NCBI RefSeq assembly: GCF_037042905.1
Contig: NC_087249.1
Location: forward strand, 51,956,001-52,020,000
Source: Lytechinus pictus
Taxonomy: Eukaryota
DNA: 64,000 bases
Direction: 5' to 3'
Made by a program: the position numbers and the translations under genes. Under the pieces are notes generated by a model. It had not been told where the DNA came from. It ran no database searches and was given only the letters and a program-made list of their open reading frames with translations. How positions within the stretch are numbered: the stretch's first letter is position 1; every line of letters begins with the position of its first letter. Of this stretch, positions 23,401 to 35,600 are shown one piece after another.

Positions 23401-26400
23401 TCTTTAAACATGCTCTTGCAGTGGAAGCTGCGCTGATATTAGTTTTTGAAAGTGGGGCAAAAAGATGATTGACATGTAATAAGCTACAGTTTTTTTACCC
23501 TAACCGGTGCACTGCTAATCGTGTTTTTATATTGTATTTTGAATCATGATTCATGTTGCTATTTGAAATTGAAAATCGACATTGAACACAAAATTTCCTG
23601 TAAATGAGCAATATATGTCATTTTAAATGTATAGTGATCTGGTCAATGCTGTGTGTGGTCTCTTAGCTAGTCTTTATATATACCTTTTGAGATAACTATT
23701 GATAATACAGATAATAAACTAGCTTATAATTTTATTTGTATAGATATAGAAACTAAAGTGTTATGATAGGAAGGTACTTGTTGAGCTACTTGGAAACATA
23801 ATTACTGCGTATTTATCATGGTGATGCAATAGTTCTACTTATTGGTGAATGGGCTACCCTGTCAAAATATCAGAAATAAATAAATAAATAAATAGTTGGA
23901 ATGCAGGTGAAGATAATCAAAATATTGTTCTTTTCAGGTGTATCTGTGTGTGCCACAGACAAGGTGTATTTCCGAAGGACAGTGCTATATTGTTCCAATG
24001 CAACATACGGTAGCTAGTACAGCATTAGATGAAGATGTGTGGGCTGAAATACAGGTAAGTTTCACTCTTATCTGACAAATTCGCATACAAAGAGATTTTT
24101 TAAAAATCTGTAAATGTGCATTGAATTATATCCATGTCAGACATTATTTGGTATTCCACTCACGTTATCTGGCGATTTTCTAGAAAAATAATTTAAATTT
24201 ATCAACCTTCACAGTCTATGCCACACTGGTAATTTTTGTTGGCAGTTCCCCGCATGTAGTTTTTGTATGGATCCTGCACATATTTGCATGAAAGGAAATC
24301 CCATTGGTTCCACACACGTATCAGTGGCTCTTTGTTCAATACTCACGCACAAGAATATATTTTCCATATTGTAGAAGTTACTGAATCAGTTTTTAGCAAA
24401 GGAATGTTACATACGTTTGAAATATAGTATCTAATATCAGTATGTAATCTTTTTTCGGGCAATATCATCCTTGAAATGCTCAAAAGAGCTGTGGAAAACA
24501 ATAAAGGAGCTTCCAAAATCCCCTCTTAACTGCAATGTTTAAGTCTACCCAATGTTGCAGATTTAGGCAATTGGTTGTGAAGTAGCACCAAAAAAAAATA
24601 AATTTTTGCTTGCAACTCTCTCTCGCAACAATAACGTCAACAGTATGGTGGCCAAACTCATTGGTCTACTTTCGATTGTTCTCATTTTTCATTCCGGCCA
24701 GTAATTGAAGGTTAAGCCCTCCTGAACAACAGTTGATTTGAATCAATTAAAAAAAAAATGTATCCCTGAAGATTTCATCAAAAATTGAAATAACATAACA
24801 AAGTTTGTAAACAGACTTTCAGGATTACTCCTATGTGTTTAAGATCGCAGGCTCGATCTGTGATGAAAATCATAAGTCAGAAAAAATTGGAACCAGTGGG
24901 ATTCGAACCTGCCATCTACTGCTTTCCGGGCAGTTATGGTAGCGGTTGATCATGGGGCTGGTTTACATTATTGATTTCATTGACTATTGTGTATGATCAA
25001 TCATAATAATTAGCCCCAAGATCAACACTTCTTGAAAGGACTTATTGGAAGTTTTATCCGACAAGTCCTGTTTTATCCGACAGTTATCATGTTTACAGTG
25101 CTTCTCAGCCAATCAAACTCAAGGAAAGTTGTCAGCTCTGACAACTTGTCGGACAAAGTTGTTGATGAAACGCTCCCCAGGTCTTTGAAAAATATTCTGT
25201 GACTTTGACAAATATTAGACTTACATGTATAGAATGTCGATTTATGCAAGTTTACTTGTAATTTCTTCCTTCTCAGGTGTTCCGGAAGGGTTTAACAAGG
25301 ATGTTTGAGGACCATGAGATGGATGTGGCGTTTCTTGAGACCTGTATGAATCCTATGAAGCAGAGGCATATGTGTATTGAATGTCTTCCCATCCCTAGAG
25401 AGCTCGGAGAAATGGCACCCATCTACTTCAAGGTAAGCATGATTGTACAATTTATTTTTTACGAGTGATTGTAAGCATTGTTGTCAATGTAATCAACAGT
25501 AAAAATTTGTTCCATCATCAATAGCTTTGATTTGTTTTACTAACCCCTTGGGAGCATTTCATGAAAGGTATTGTTTGACATTTTATCCGGCAGTTACCGT
25601 AGTAACAGTGCTCAACCACCAGAAATCAAGGAAACATGTCATATCCATACCAATGATTATACACTTGTTTGTTTTATTTACTTTTGCATTCATAAATGAC
25701 ACAAAGTTTCTCAAAATAGTTTTGCAAAATATATACATCTCGATAATAGATGATGAGAGTCAAACAAATATAAATAAATTTCAAAGATGCAGTACTAAGT
25801 GGTCAAATAAAAATATATACAGATTGGTATCTGTTCATTCAACATAGTCTAATGGTGAAAAAACCCATTATTATTAAAATTAAAGGTCAAGTCCACCCCA
25901 GGAGAATGCCGACTGGAATAAATAGAGAAAAATCAAACTAGCATAGTGCTGAAAATTTCATCAAAATCGAATGTAAAATAAGAAAGTTATGACATTTTAA
26001 AGTTTCGCTTATTTTTCACAAAACAGTGACATGCACAACTAGGTGACTCAGTCGATGATGTCCATCACTCACTATTTCTTTTTTTTTTTAAATTATACAA
26101 TATTTCATTTTTTATAGATTTGACAATAAGGACCAACTTGACTGAACTATATAGTATTAAACAATGCTAATGCCAAATGTTCAGGGAGGAATTAATCGTT
26201 GTATCACTTGACAATGAGGAGAAAATTAGAATATTTCATATTTCATATAATAGAATACAAAAGAAATAGTGAGTGGATGACGTCATAGCCTCCTCATTTG
26301 CATACCAACCAGGATGTGCGTATAACTGTTTTGTGAAATTAAGCGAAACTTTGAAATGTCATAACTTTCTTATTTTACATCCGATTTTGATGAAATTTTC

Positions 26401-28888
26401 AGTGTTATGCTTGTTGGATTTTCTCTTTTTATTCAAATCAACTTTTGTTTGGGTGGACTTGTCCTTTAAATATGCTCGAAAGCATGACAGACCCACAACA
26501 AAGGTAAATTTGGATATGATTAACAGACTATATTAAGCAGAAAGGAGGTACATGTACGTAAGGAAATCATTGTGAAGAAAAGGGATGATAGGGATGGCAA
26601 TGGAGGTAACGATATTGATGATGACGATGATGATGATAATGAGGATGATGAGGATGGTTATGTTGATGATGATGATGGAGGTGATGATGATGATGATTAT
26701 TATTATAACAAAGATGATGATGATGATGATGGGGAGGAGGAGGAGGATGATGATGGTATTGATGATGATGGTAGTTATGATTCTGATTGTGATGATATTG
26801 ATGATGATGATGATAATGATGTTGATGAAGTAGAATGGTATGGGATTTTTTTTTAGTAAAGATAAATTATTTCATAATCCAAAACAATTGATTTTCATGA
26901 GTGATAGTGTACACTGTAGTCAATGCAATCAATTTTGAAAAGTTGTTATCAATTGCTAAGCTTCGTGTGACTAACCCCTGGTCATTAGTTTGAATTATGA
27001 ACCAAGAAATCTAAAAGTGATCGGGAAAGGTTGATGGCTAGTAAATTATTGATAGAAATGTATGAGACTGGACACAAATTGTTCAGTGTTATGTATTTTC
27101 CAGCAGCAGTATGCGATATTTATGTACTGATATATATCAATGATTGTTTACAGAAAGCTATACAGGAATCCGAGTCAGAATGGACACAGAACAAGAAGCT
27201 GATCGACACCAGAAAGAAAGACATCCGTAGATCTGTTCCTAGGGGATTTCCCTTCTTCAGTGTTGATTTTGGGCTCGATGGCGGATTTGCCCATGTCATT
27301 GAAGATGAACTAGTCTTCCCTCATTACTTTGGAAAGGTAAGAGCCTAAAGATCCTGATCTTCTGTAAAATGTATAAGTATCGCTCTTGGGCAGGTAGACA
27401 CTGTCAGTCTTATATTGCATGCTATCCCACAGTGATTTGTACACCGTTTGAGCAGAGGGAACTGTAATTGGTTTATATGAGTATTTATACAACTGGGATT
27501 AGTATTTTGGCCAAAGAAAATTAGTGTTAGTTAGCCTACTTTGTCTCAAAATTATCTATATTGAGAGAAAATTGACAGTATCTTCAGGTTTACCTTTGTT
27601 TTGCTACTACCTGGCTCGAAACAAGAGACTGTAAGAGGGAAATCATTTTTGTGCTCCTACCCAACTGATAATTAGGTTTAGGTTGCTCTTAGGTTACAGT
27701 GCTTCTCTGTAGTTGAATATGAGTTAAGATAGTTAATTGGGTTTTGGTTAAGTATATCACAATGTGATAGTCCTGAAAAGGACTGTTCGCAATCTTCTGT
27801 AATTAATGGGTAGCTGCAGGTTCAAGGAAAGGAACTTATTATGAAGCCTTTGTGGAAATGGTAAAGTTTAAACAATAAATTAAAACATTAAATTGCCAGA
27901 AAGAAGAACAAGTTATATTTCCATTTAAAAAAAATCAAAATGTCATGTATTTTTAATCTTTACATATGATAAAAAAAAATCAGAATTTTTTTCTCTTATT
28001 CAAATCAACTTTTTTTATTTAGATGGAATTCCCCTTAAACATGTATGGTGGTACTTGAATGGTATATGCATTATATGTACATTGTAATCAGCTTGCGATA
28101 TTCTTGCTACCAACTAGCTTAAAACAAGAGACTTTAAAGAATACATATATTTCTGAAAACCTACAGAAGACATTAATTGAGGTTGAAGCTGTTCTAAGTT
28201 TGTATACTTATATAACATTATCAGCCCTTGAATGGTCTTTTATTCACCTATAGTTTATTTATTTTATTTGGTTCTCTGTTTCTCACATCCTATTCCTTTG
28301 CTATTTTGTCTCTTTGTTTATTATTGTACATAATATTCTTCATGTTGAAATTAAGTCACTAGGGGCTTGCCTCTTAATACAAACATTGCTTTTTAGCCAA
28401 ACTTCCTCTGTACCGTTACTTCCTTTTTGTCTTAGCTTAATCAGATTTGTTCTTGTTAAATTGCAACTTTTTTAATTCAGTCACCGATTTTCTCACGGAA
28501 TATGTTGTTTATTATTGAACTTTTATGTTTGACTTTTATGTTTGAAAGGAAATATTTTCTTGATGGAAAGGTATATTATATATAAATCTATCAATATATC
28601 AGATACATTTCTGTTACAATCGGCTTTCAACGTCCATGCAACTGAATACAGTATACTTGATACACCAGAAAACAAGAAATCAGCGCTACTTTTGTGTAAT
28701 AATCAAGAATATCCTTTTCGTTTTTTTTCTTGTAGGAAGTGATTGGAGGCCTTCTTGATGTTGAACCTCGTCTCTGGAGACACCCGCCCAAGGAGAACTT
28801 TCAGGACCAGAGTAAACGAGTCCTGGAACTTAGTCAATGGTGGAAACCATTTGATTGGACTAAGAAAATTGATAGGGAGAAGAGTTGA
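14276..28888 (+). CDS. CWF19L2: CWF19-like protein 2 (spliceosome-associated, CwfJ C-terminal domains), 5'-partial; join(14276-14404,16916-17131,17701-18627,21004-21243,21858-21998,22998-23210,23938-24054,25277-25432,27154-27336,28736-28888)
   Basis: Spliced translation contains the motifs [75 protein letters not shown] and W.PFDWTK that I recall from CWF19L2. All junctions are GT-AG and phase 0. Confidence 0.96.
14640..16830. repeat. 39-bp minisatellite (about 40 units) filling a CWF19L2 intron
   Basis: Consensus AAGAAAATAGAATTGGCTTACACTTTAAATAAGGTGCCT; produces the 13-aa periodicity of the spurious ORFs at 16329-16720. Confidence 0.95.
14847..15412. mobile_element. Intact MITE with about 45-bp TIRs and 8-bp TSD inserted in the minisatellite
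   Basis: CCCGGGGGGGCCACTTACATTGACGAGTGGATACCATGCGCGACCA / TGGTCGCGCATGGTATCCACTCGTGAATGGAAGTGGCCCCCCCGGG; TSD ACTTTGAA (14839-14846, 15413-15420). Confidence 0.92.
16916..17131 (+). CDS. CWF19L2: CWF19L2 exon ([17 protein letters not shown]...AERWG)
   Basis: tgcAG acceptor, GTAAGT donor, 216 nt. Confidence 0.95.
17701..18627 (+). CDS. CWF19L2: CWF19L2 large R/D/S-rich exon (SVAEYERLL...AEIMGNE)
   Basis: gacAG acceptor, GTATGA donor, 927 nt open; repeated GFKKP/FQRP motifs. Confidence 0.95.
18630..18800. repeat. Degenerate (GAT)n microsatellite
   Basis: Visible directly, just after the donor at 18628. Confidence 0.9.
18976..20986 (+). mobile_element. 5'-truncated, decayed L1/Tx1-clade LINE (ORF2 RT and C-terminal zinc knuckle)
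   Basis: [35 protein letters not shown] and CTFC..(stop)TIEHFFYFC motifs. Broken by an insertion at 19623-19675, a stop at 20433 and a frameshift near 20514. A-rich end. Confidence 0.92.
21004..21243 (+). CDS. CWF19L2: CWF19L2 exon (ALAQKLK...VILTRTD...KKKN)
   Basis: gacAG acceptor, GTGAGT donor, 240 nt. Confidence 0.93.
21858..21998 (+). CDS. CWF19L2: CWF19L2 exon ([18 protein letters not shown]...VASK)
   Basis: catAG acceptor, GTAATC donor, 141 nt. Confidence 0.93.
22035..22306. mobile_element. PIF/Harbinger-like MITE (second copy at 3745-3980)
   Basis: TIR GGCCCC.GTCTTACAAAGAGTT / AACTCTTTGTAAGA.GGGGCC, CTG TSD. Confidence 0.8.
22998..23210 (+). CDS. CWF19L2: CWF19L2 exon ([16 protein letters not shown]...CPFC...LGLK)
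   Basis: aacAG acceptor, GTAATT donor, 213 nt. Confidence 0.93.
23938..24054 (+). CDS. CWF19L2: CWF19L2 exon (VYLCVP...DEDVWAEIQ)
   Basis: ttcAG acceptor, GTAAGT donor, 117 nt. Confidence 0.95.
25277..25432 (+). CDS. CWF19L2: CWF19L2 exon ([10 protein letters not shown]...MAPIYFK)
   Basis: ctcAG acceptor, GTAAGC donor, 156 nt. Confidence 0.95.
25884..26465. mobile_element. Kolobok-like MITE
   Basis: TTAA TSD, AGG...CCT termini, TIR AGG.CAAGTCCACCC; inverted near-identical copy at 45778-46375. Confidence 0.85.
26580..26830. repeat. (GAT)n microsatellite
   Basis: Visible directly; source of the poly-Asp and poly-Met ORFs. Confidence 0.95.
27154..27336 (+). CDS. CWF19L2: CWF19L2 exon ([10 protein letters not shown]...FPHYFGK)
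   Basis: tacAG acceptor, GTAAGA donor, 183 nt. Confidence 0.95.
28736..28888 (+). CDS. CWF19L2: CWF19L2 terminal coding exon ([11 protein letters not shown]...[15 protein letters not shown])
   Basis: tgtAG acceptor, TGA at 28886-28888; candidate AATAAA near 30436. Confidence 0.95.
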   Translation, partial: EVIGGLLDVEPRLWRHPPKENFQDQSKRVLELSQWWKPFDWTKKIDREKS

Positions 28889-29261
28889 AGACCTGCCGGG
28901 TCTCAATTTTATGTGAAACCAGCAGGTTAAAGTCTAGGAACCCTGCCAGTGATATAACCCTGCCATTGGACTAGGAAAATTGAGGTGGAGAAGAGTTGAA
29001 TCATGGAGGCAAGCCAGGTCTCAATTTTAGGCCAAACCAGAAGTTGAAGTTAAAGTCCAGGAATTTTGTTAGGGTTGGAACCCTTTGATTGGTCTTAGAA
29101 AATTGATCGGGAGAAGAGTTGATGATTGTTGAACCGTGGAGATATGTGCTATGATGGAGTTTACTACTGTTTTGACTGCCCTGGGCCCTGTTAACATAAC
29201 ACTTAATGATTGATCTTGGGGCTGATTTTAATGATAGATTGCATTGACTATTGTATATTAT

Positions 29262-29667
29262 CAATTCGGTGGATTCACAATATGGTGCGCCATGTATCAG
29301 TTGCAGTGAACAGGCCAACTGTCTTACTTCGCGGTCCACATCACGCAGGCAGCGCACAGTGCTAGTGTACTGTTATGTAACTGTGATGCTTAATAAAATG
29401 AAAACCATATGGCAAAAGCGGAGGAACAATTCACTGAAAACGGTATAAATTTGGCAAAGAAATATGCGAGCAATTTTTTTTCCCATCTCCTGGACACTAG
29501 ACAGCATATGCCAACCGGCTGAGCCGCATCAGCCAACACTGAATAATCACATGCATGCATGCACTATAGTACTAGCAGGCACAACAGATGTAAACTTTTT
29601 CCCATGAGGCATTGCCTGTCCGCTGCAATTGATAGATGGCGCACCGTATTGTGAATCCACCGAATTG
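29262..29667. mobile_element. MITE with about 55-bp TIRs in the CWF19L2 3' region
   Basis: CAATTCGGTGGATTCACAATATGGTGCGCCAT... / ...ATGGCGCACCGTATTGTGAATCCACCGAATTG. Confidence 0.8.
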
Positions 29668-30149
29668 TAGAACTCGGCCCAACGATCAGTCGCCATTCTT
29701 ACTGTGTACAGGGACTGATACACTTTGCCCAACCCTGAAATATACTGGATCTGGGAGACATCCTCCCTTTGGCAATGCGACAAAGATGTATGGTGTCAAA
29801 TGAACAACTTCCCCATTATTTACGTCCATATTTCACTTTCATTGTCAGTTTTAATATGTCTATTTGTATGTGTTATTTTTATTATTTTTTATGGGAGGAC
29901 AATGTACTATCATTAGAATGATCAAAAGAAATGTTCTGGCGGATATTTTGTTCAGGTTCCAAAGAAGAGTTTTTCATGGGTGACGTCACACATCGCGGTC
30001 ACATTTCCAAAAGGAAGATCTCAACATTCAAATGCTCATGACATTATTTTTACTTGTCCAATTGTTCTCAAACTTTCATAAACTGTATTCTTTAATTTTC
30101 TGTTTTCACACAAGCTGACTTGTTCCAAGGATTTCTTTCTCTTTAAATC

Positions 30150-30298
30150 TGGGGCCTGTTTCATAGAGGGTTACAACTGTTGTAACTTTGCCATTTATGG
30201 CAACTACCATAGCAACAGGGCTCAGCAGCCAATCAAAATCAAGGATACCCGGCAGTTGCCATAATGGCTCAGTTATAACTCTTTATGAAACAGGCCTC
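30150..30298. mobile_element. Short Harbinger-like MITE with X-box/CCAAT core (relatives at 22347, 25040, 25548, 36307, 48765, 53246, 53808)
   Basis: GGCC.GTTTCATA.AG TIR, CTG flanks, core CTACCATAGCAAC-N12-CCAAT. Confidence 0.75.
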
Positions 30299-32475
30299 TG
30301 GTCTGAAAAACTTGGGAGATTATGCAGATTCAATTCTATGACAGAAGTGTAGTTAAATGATCAGTGGAATTTTTAAATGTATTTAATACCATTTGCAAAC
30401 GGATATTTCCTATTTTTAACCTCTTGCTATTTGTGAATAAATTAATTAAGATGGATATTTTGTTACTGATTCTCTTTATTTGAACTGATATCTTCAAATA
30501 TCCTGTTGTAATCTCTCTCCAATTGTCATCTATTTTTCTTTCTCTCTCCTTTCTCTTCCCCCCCCCCTCCCCCTCTCTCTTGACAATGATACAAAATCAG
30601 ACTACAAATATCAAATATTGACTTTTTATTACAGAATCCAAATTGTAAGGATTTTTTTTTCAACATAAATGAAAATATATATTTTTTACATTCCTGAGAA
30701 CAAATAATTGTCATCAATAAATAAAATATCTTTTTCTTTTTACACATGTACATTACTTGCATTTTATGCAACTTTAAGTAAATTATGATGTACACAGACA
30801 CATATATATATGAAGATTAATTACAATCCTTTAGAATAGAAACATGTCATCACAGAGTCCATGAATACAGAGATATCTTAAGTTAATTCTTAAACAGAAC
30901 ATTTACTATCATAAGGCAAATCTTACCTTGTTTGAATACAAAACAAGAACATTATTTTAGGGAAAAAGAAAGATACATAAAGTACATATTTACTGAATCG
31001 CAATTTACATTCAAGAATAAAGGATATGCCAACAATAAAAATATAATCCTGTCATGTCCTCTGATCATTTTAAGGTTGATTGAAGTACTTAACTCACTTA
31101 AGCCAGTTTGAGATTTTTGTACCCAAATAATATCTACATATTGTAAACAGGCCCCAAAAGCGAAAAGGTAGTTTTGAAACTGTGGTTCCACACCATAATT
31201 CATGCAAATTTCTTGCATTCATCACATATATTGAGAATGCGTCTAACGATTGCACGCTTTTCTCACAGCCTGCCAAAGTGACATGCGTTACTGAGGTTAC
31301 AGATTTAATGAGCCTACCGTTTTTTAACTAACAAGTCCACCGATTGTGTTAATATACATCAATTGGGCTATTCAGAATGAATTGGAAGTGTCGCGTAGTA
31401 AAAGCGCCCATGAATTATTGGATGCTCTTAAAATATTGATTGCCATCTATAATATTTGATTCTGACAGCATTGAAGTGAGTGTAAATGATTCATTGGAGT
31501 TTATTTGTTTCATTGGAAACCATAAATCAAACTCCTCGCTATCTTCATTATTCAAGAAATGCGATACCTGCTACTTCTAATCTCCAAAACATTAACCCTT
31601 TGTCTCCCTTAAGGGGTGGCTTAAATTCAAAGTACAAAACATGGCCAAAGCAATGTAGAGGCTTCACTGTATGAGTTGGTCCAAACTTGATGTTTCCGCA
31701 AGTACATGTACATTCATGTTGCTTCATTCTGAGCCATGGTTACCTTCAGGATTTAGTTCGCCAATTTATTGACCTGAATAGAGAATTTTTTAAACAAAAG
31801 TATTCAATCTAGCGACCGGTATGAATCTTAAGTCAAATACTTATTTCCTATACTGGCTAAAGAGTTGCACAGACACTTCTATGACTTGATGCTATCACTT
31901 GATTCTTCCAACTCAGAGACAGTGTCCAGTCTATATTCCTATCAGAAACTCAATGAAATCAGAAAGATTTTCAAAAAACAATTCCATCCCAACAAAAAGT
32001 TGATTTGAATAAACAAACACCAGTACAGAAGTCCAATAACCTGAAAGCTTCAATTAATTTCAATTTATTTTCAAGAAGTAGTATTTTTTATTGCCTACCC
32101 TCCTACTTCCCCCTATAGCTATACCATTCATCCAGAACTAACACAAATACAGCAGTCCTATAACCTTATAGCTTCTTTGAATTTTATTTTATTCTCAAGA
32201 AGTACCATCTCTTTCTCCTTGCCTACCCATCTGCTTGACCATACCATTCCCTATACCATTCATCTGGAACTGACACCCATACATCTGTGCTATAACCAGT
32301 CAGATTCTAAGGGTTTTATTTTCAAGAAGGATCACACCGACACTCTTTGTCCTATTTGTCTTTCAAGGCACCCTCCTACACTTCCTTCTATTTTTGATAT
32401 ATATCAAAAATGAAACTCCCATACAGCATACCTGCGCTTCTATCTCGTAGTATTCAATTTGGCCCTATATACCGC

Positions 32476-32655
32476 CTAGTCTACTTGTGCCATGTCCTCC
32501 AAGTCTTCTACTGTGTTCTCCGAGTTTTGTACCCTGGGTAGCTCATTCTCCAAGTTTTGTACCTCCATGTTCTGTTCCCTGAGAAGCCTTTCCTCCAAGT
32601 TTTGTACCCTTTCTTCCAACAATGTGACCCTAGTCTCCAGATCAGTCTGAGCATC
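32476..32655 (-). CDS. CEP44: CEP44 last or penultimate coding exon (DAQTDLETRVTLLEERVQNLE...), coiled coil
   Basis: caacAG acceptor, RVTLLE motif, TAG at 32478-32476. Alternative ending: donor at 32484 spliced to 31773-31753 (VNKLAN*). Confidence 0.75.
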   Translation of the reverse strand, partial: DAQTDLETRVTLLEERVQNLEERLLREQNMEVQNLENELPRVQNSENTVEDLEDMAQVD

Positions 32656-35600
32656 CTGTTGATAAAAATGATATTCGTGAAGTGATAGTTTCCCTTGGTA
32701 TGGGAATAACATAGCAGACATTAAAGTGAATTACAGTCAACCTGCCCAAGTCGATCTGCACAAGTCAAATAATCGTTTAAGTCTAATGACTGCCTTTCAC
32801 GTCATCTTATCATTTATATTCTAAGGTTTACATATGTTCATTTTTTTCTAAATAAAATAAATTTCTTCAGTCCCATCAGATTCGACTTATGCAAGGATGA
32901 GTAATATCGATAAAAGCCTCGGCATTATTGACTGGAAGACTTATGAGGATTTGTCGGTAATGTTGAGCTTCATATAATGGAGCCCTGCAATAACATGAAA
33001 ATTAAATGTAAAGAGATGTTTTTAAAAATATTACAGCATTTTATAAAGTATTAAAACAATTTTATAGCACAATGATAGTCCGGGTTGCATACAACTGATT
33101 GAGCCTGTATTACTAGCTCACTTTCCCTCATTAATGGTGAGCCATACAAAACAAATTAAAAAAAAATCATGTTATGGCATCTTTAAGATTTTACAGTAAA
33201 AAAACCCCAGGAATATAATAAGCAGTGGATACCTTTTTTTAAAAGGGGATGTTTTTGTCAAACTTTGACAAGCTTTTATTTTTTAATTTTTTTTTTGCCC
33301 CCCCCCCTCCATCCCTGATATTCAACACAGGCTGCATGCAAACAAGGAGTTTTATGTTACTAGCTTACTCTTCATCATGCAGGCTTATTGATTGTGAAAA
33401 AAATTTAAATACTAGTACTTTCACTTTTCTTGATGTAATTAAGTTACAATAATGATTTCAGGTGTTTCATTTGTCATACTATTTTTTACATATTCTGAGT
33501 GAAATCTTTAACTACGTGGCCAAATTGTTATGAATTTGTACTTATTAAAAATCATATCTATGTCAATAAACTCACATTATTCAAAAGGAGGTCAGGTGAA
33601 TACTCTTGGGTGCTGTATCCTCTGAGGGGAACTGGGGTCTTGCCTGTAAAAGAGTAGTTTTGGTAAAAATCTGATAATCTGAAATATACTGGACCATTCG
33701 AATTATAATTATTCGTTTGAAACAATAGGCATGTTAACTAAGCGATTCACGTTGCTCATATGTTTGTTTTCCTCGAAACTAGAAATGAGTATTCATTTAA
33801 ACTAGAAATGAATGGTTTACAATCATTTACAGTTTGTATACAGTGGCCCGTATTCTTAAGTCGGGTTTAACTTAAACTCAGATTTAAAGTTGTGGTTTAA
33901 AATTAAGTATGGATAGCCAATTGTTACATAAAAAACAGTAGAGATATCATATTTCAGCTCATTTGGCTCTCAAATCATTCATAATTGTCTAGAAAGTATA
34001 AATAGATTTTTGTCTGCATCATCGATGAATCAGAAAAGAGCACAGTAAACATAAGAAGCATACAACTTAATAAAAATTTTGACACTTTAGGCTTCCCATT
34101 ATTTTAGCACAGAGTTAGACCATGGTCTAAGTTAAACCTGACCTCAGAATACGGGCCAGTATGTCTGGCAAGTCAATAGAAAGCTTTCACGTTGTCCATT
34201 ACCACGTTTGTTTAAAACTTATGTATATGCTGGAGAGTAAAGAAGGCAGAGAGGAAGAAAAAAGCTGCATTTGAAATAATGGTGCTGGCGTGGGATGCTG
34301 AGGATTTCATGGACTGACAAGAGAACAAACATGTCAATATTTGAAGAGATAAAACCAAGCTACTCCCTTGAGGCTATGGTTTTAAAACAGAGATTAAGAT
34401 ATTTTGGAGACACATTATCAGATCAAAAGGTAGGAGCAGGACATTAGGGTTGGGAAGTTACAAGGCAGAAGGAGAAGAGGAAGATAAAGGAATAGATGGA
34501 AGGAATTACTAAAGCCCCTTTCACAATTGCTGGTGTAAATGTTACAACCGTTGCGATTCTGCGCAACATATATTGTGACCAAATGATCGCAAACGATCGT
34601 ACGAGCAATTGTGAAAGCCCTTAAAGAAACTGGAATATCTTTGAGAGAACTGAACATGCTTTTACAGAATAGAACAGCATGGCGAAAGTTTGTCCGTGGG
34701 GTCACTGGGAGTCAAGAACGACTCGATGGCACTGAACAACTTAACAACATGAAATGTGTGTAAATAGGAGCCTGTTGCAAAAACAGCAGTAATCGAACAT
34801 ATGTGGAATAATCAAAGACATTCTATTGCCGGTCATTACGTCAAACCCTCGTTGGGGAGACGACCGCTGCTCAGACCCTGAACTGCGGTTTTATACCCCA
34901 ACTACAAAAACTTTGTTAGAGGATCCTAGTTCTTTTCAAAGCTTTTTCAACCCTGCATGACCAATTTAATCCCTCTTATCTAATTTTTCACCTCCGCAGG
35001 CAAGCCTGAGCGCGAGCCAGGGTTAAACAATAAACAGCAGTTGTGATAATAAAGCAATATTGACTGGCCTCTTGGCGATACGACATATATCGCCCAAACT
35101 AGATTTATATCGCCCGAGTCGAAGACGAGGGTGATATCAATTTAGTGAGGGCGATATATGTCCTTTCGCCCCCATCAGGCCAGTCAATATTGCTATTATT
35201 TACCAAATCAGACATCTAGAGCAAAAATCGTTAAAATTTAGATATTTAATTTTTTTTATTGAGAATCCATAGTTTCTCATGTTGAGCAGATCCACTGGTC
35301 CACTGAACTTTCCCATTGTGACGTAATTGAAATGACGCGTCCCTGACCTGGGGACGCAGTATCCAGCGTTGTCTCTACTTGATTACCATTATGACGTATA
35401 GCACTGCGCGGTTCAAGGACGCGTACAAAAACGCGTAGAATACCTGGATTAGCGCTGCCTTTTATTGCCCGCTACATTTCCACGCATTTTCTCATTGACT
35501 TTCCTGAGCGGGCAATAAATTGGGCCCGTGGATAAACAATTGGAATTTTATTGACCAGCCATCTGATCCCAGTCTTAAGCAGGCAACAATGTTTCAAAGT

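Noticed and set aside
27765-27790. AGTCCTGAAAAGGACT hairpin resembling a Penelope pseudo-LTR motif
   Set aside because: Too short and without an adjacent hammerhead core.
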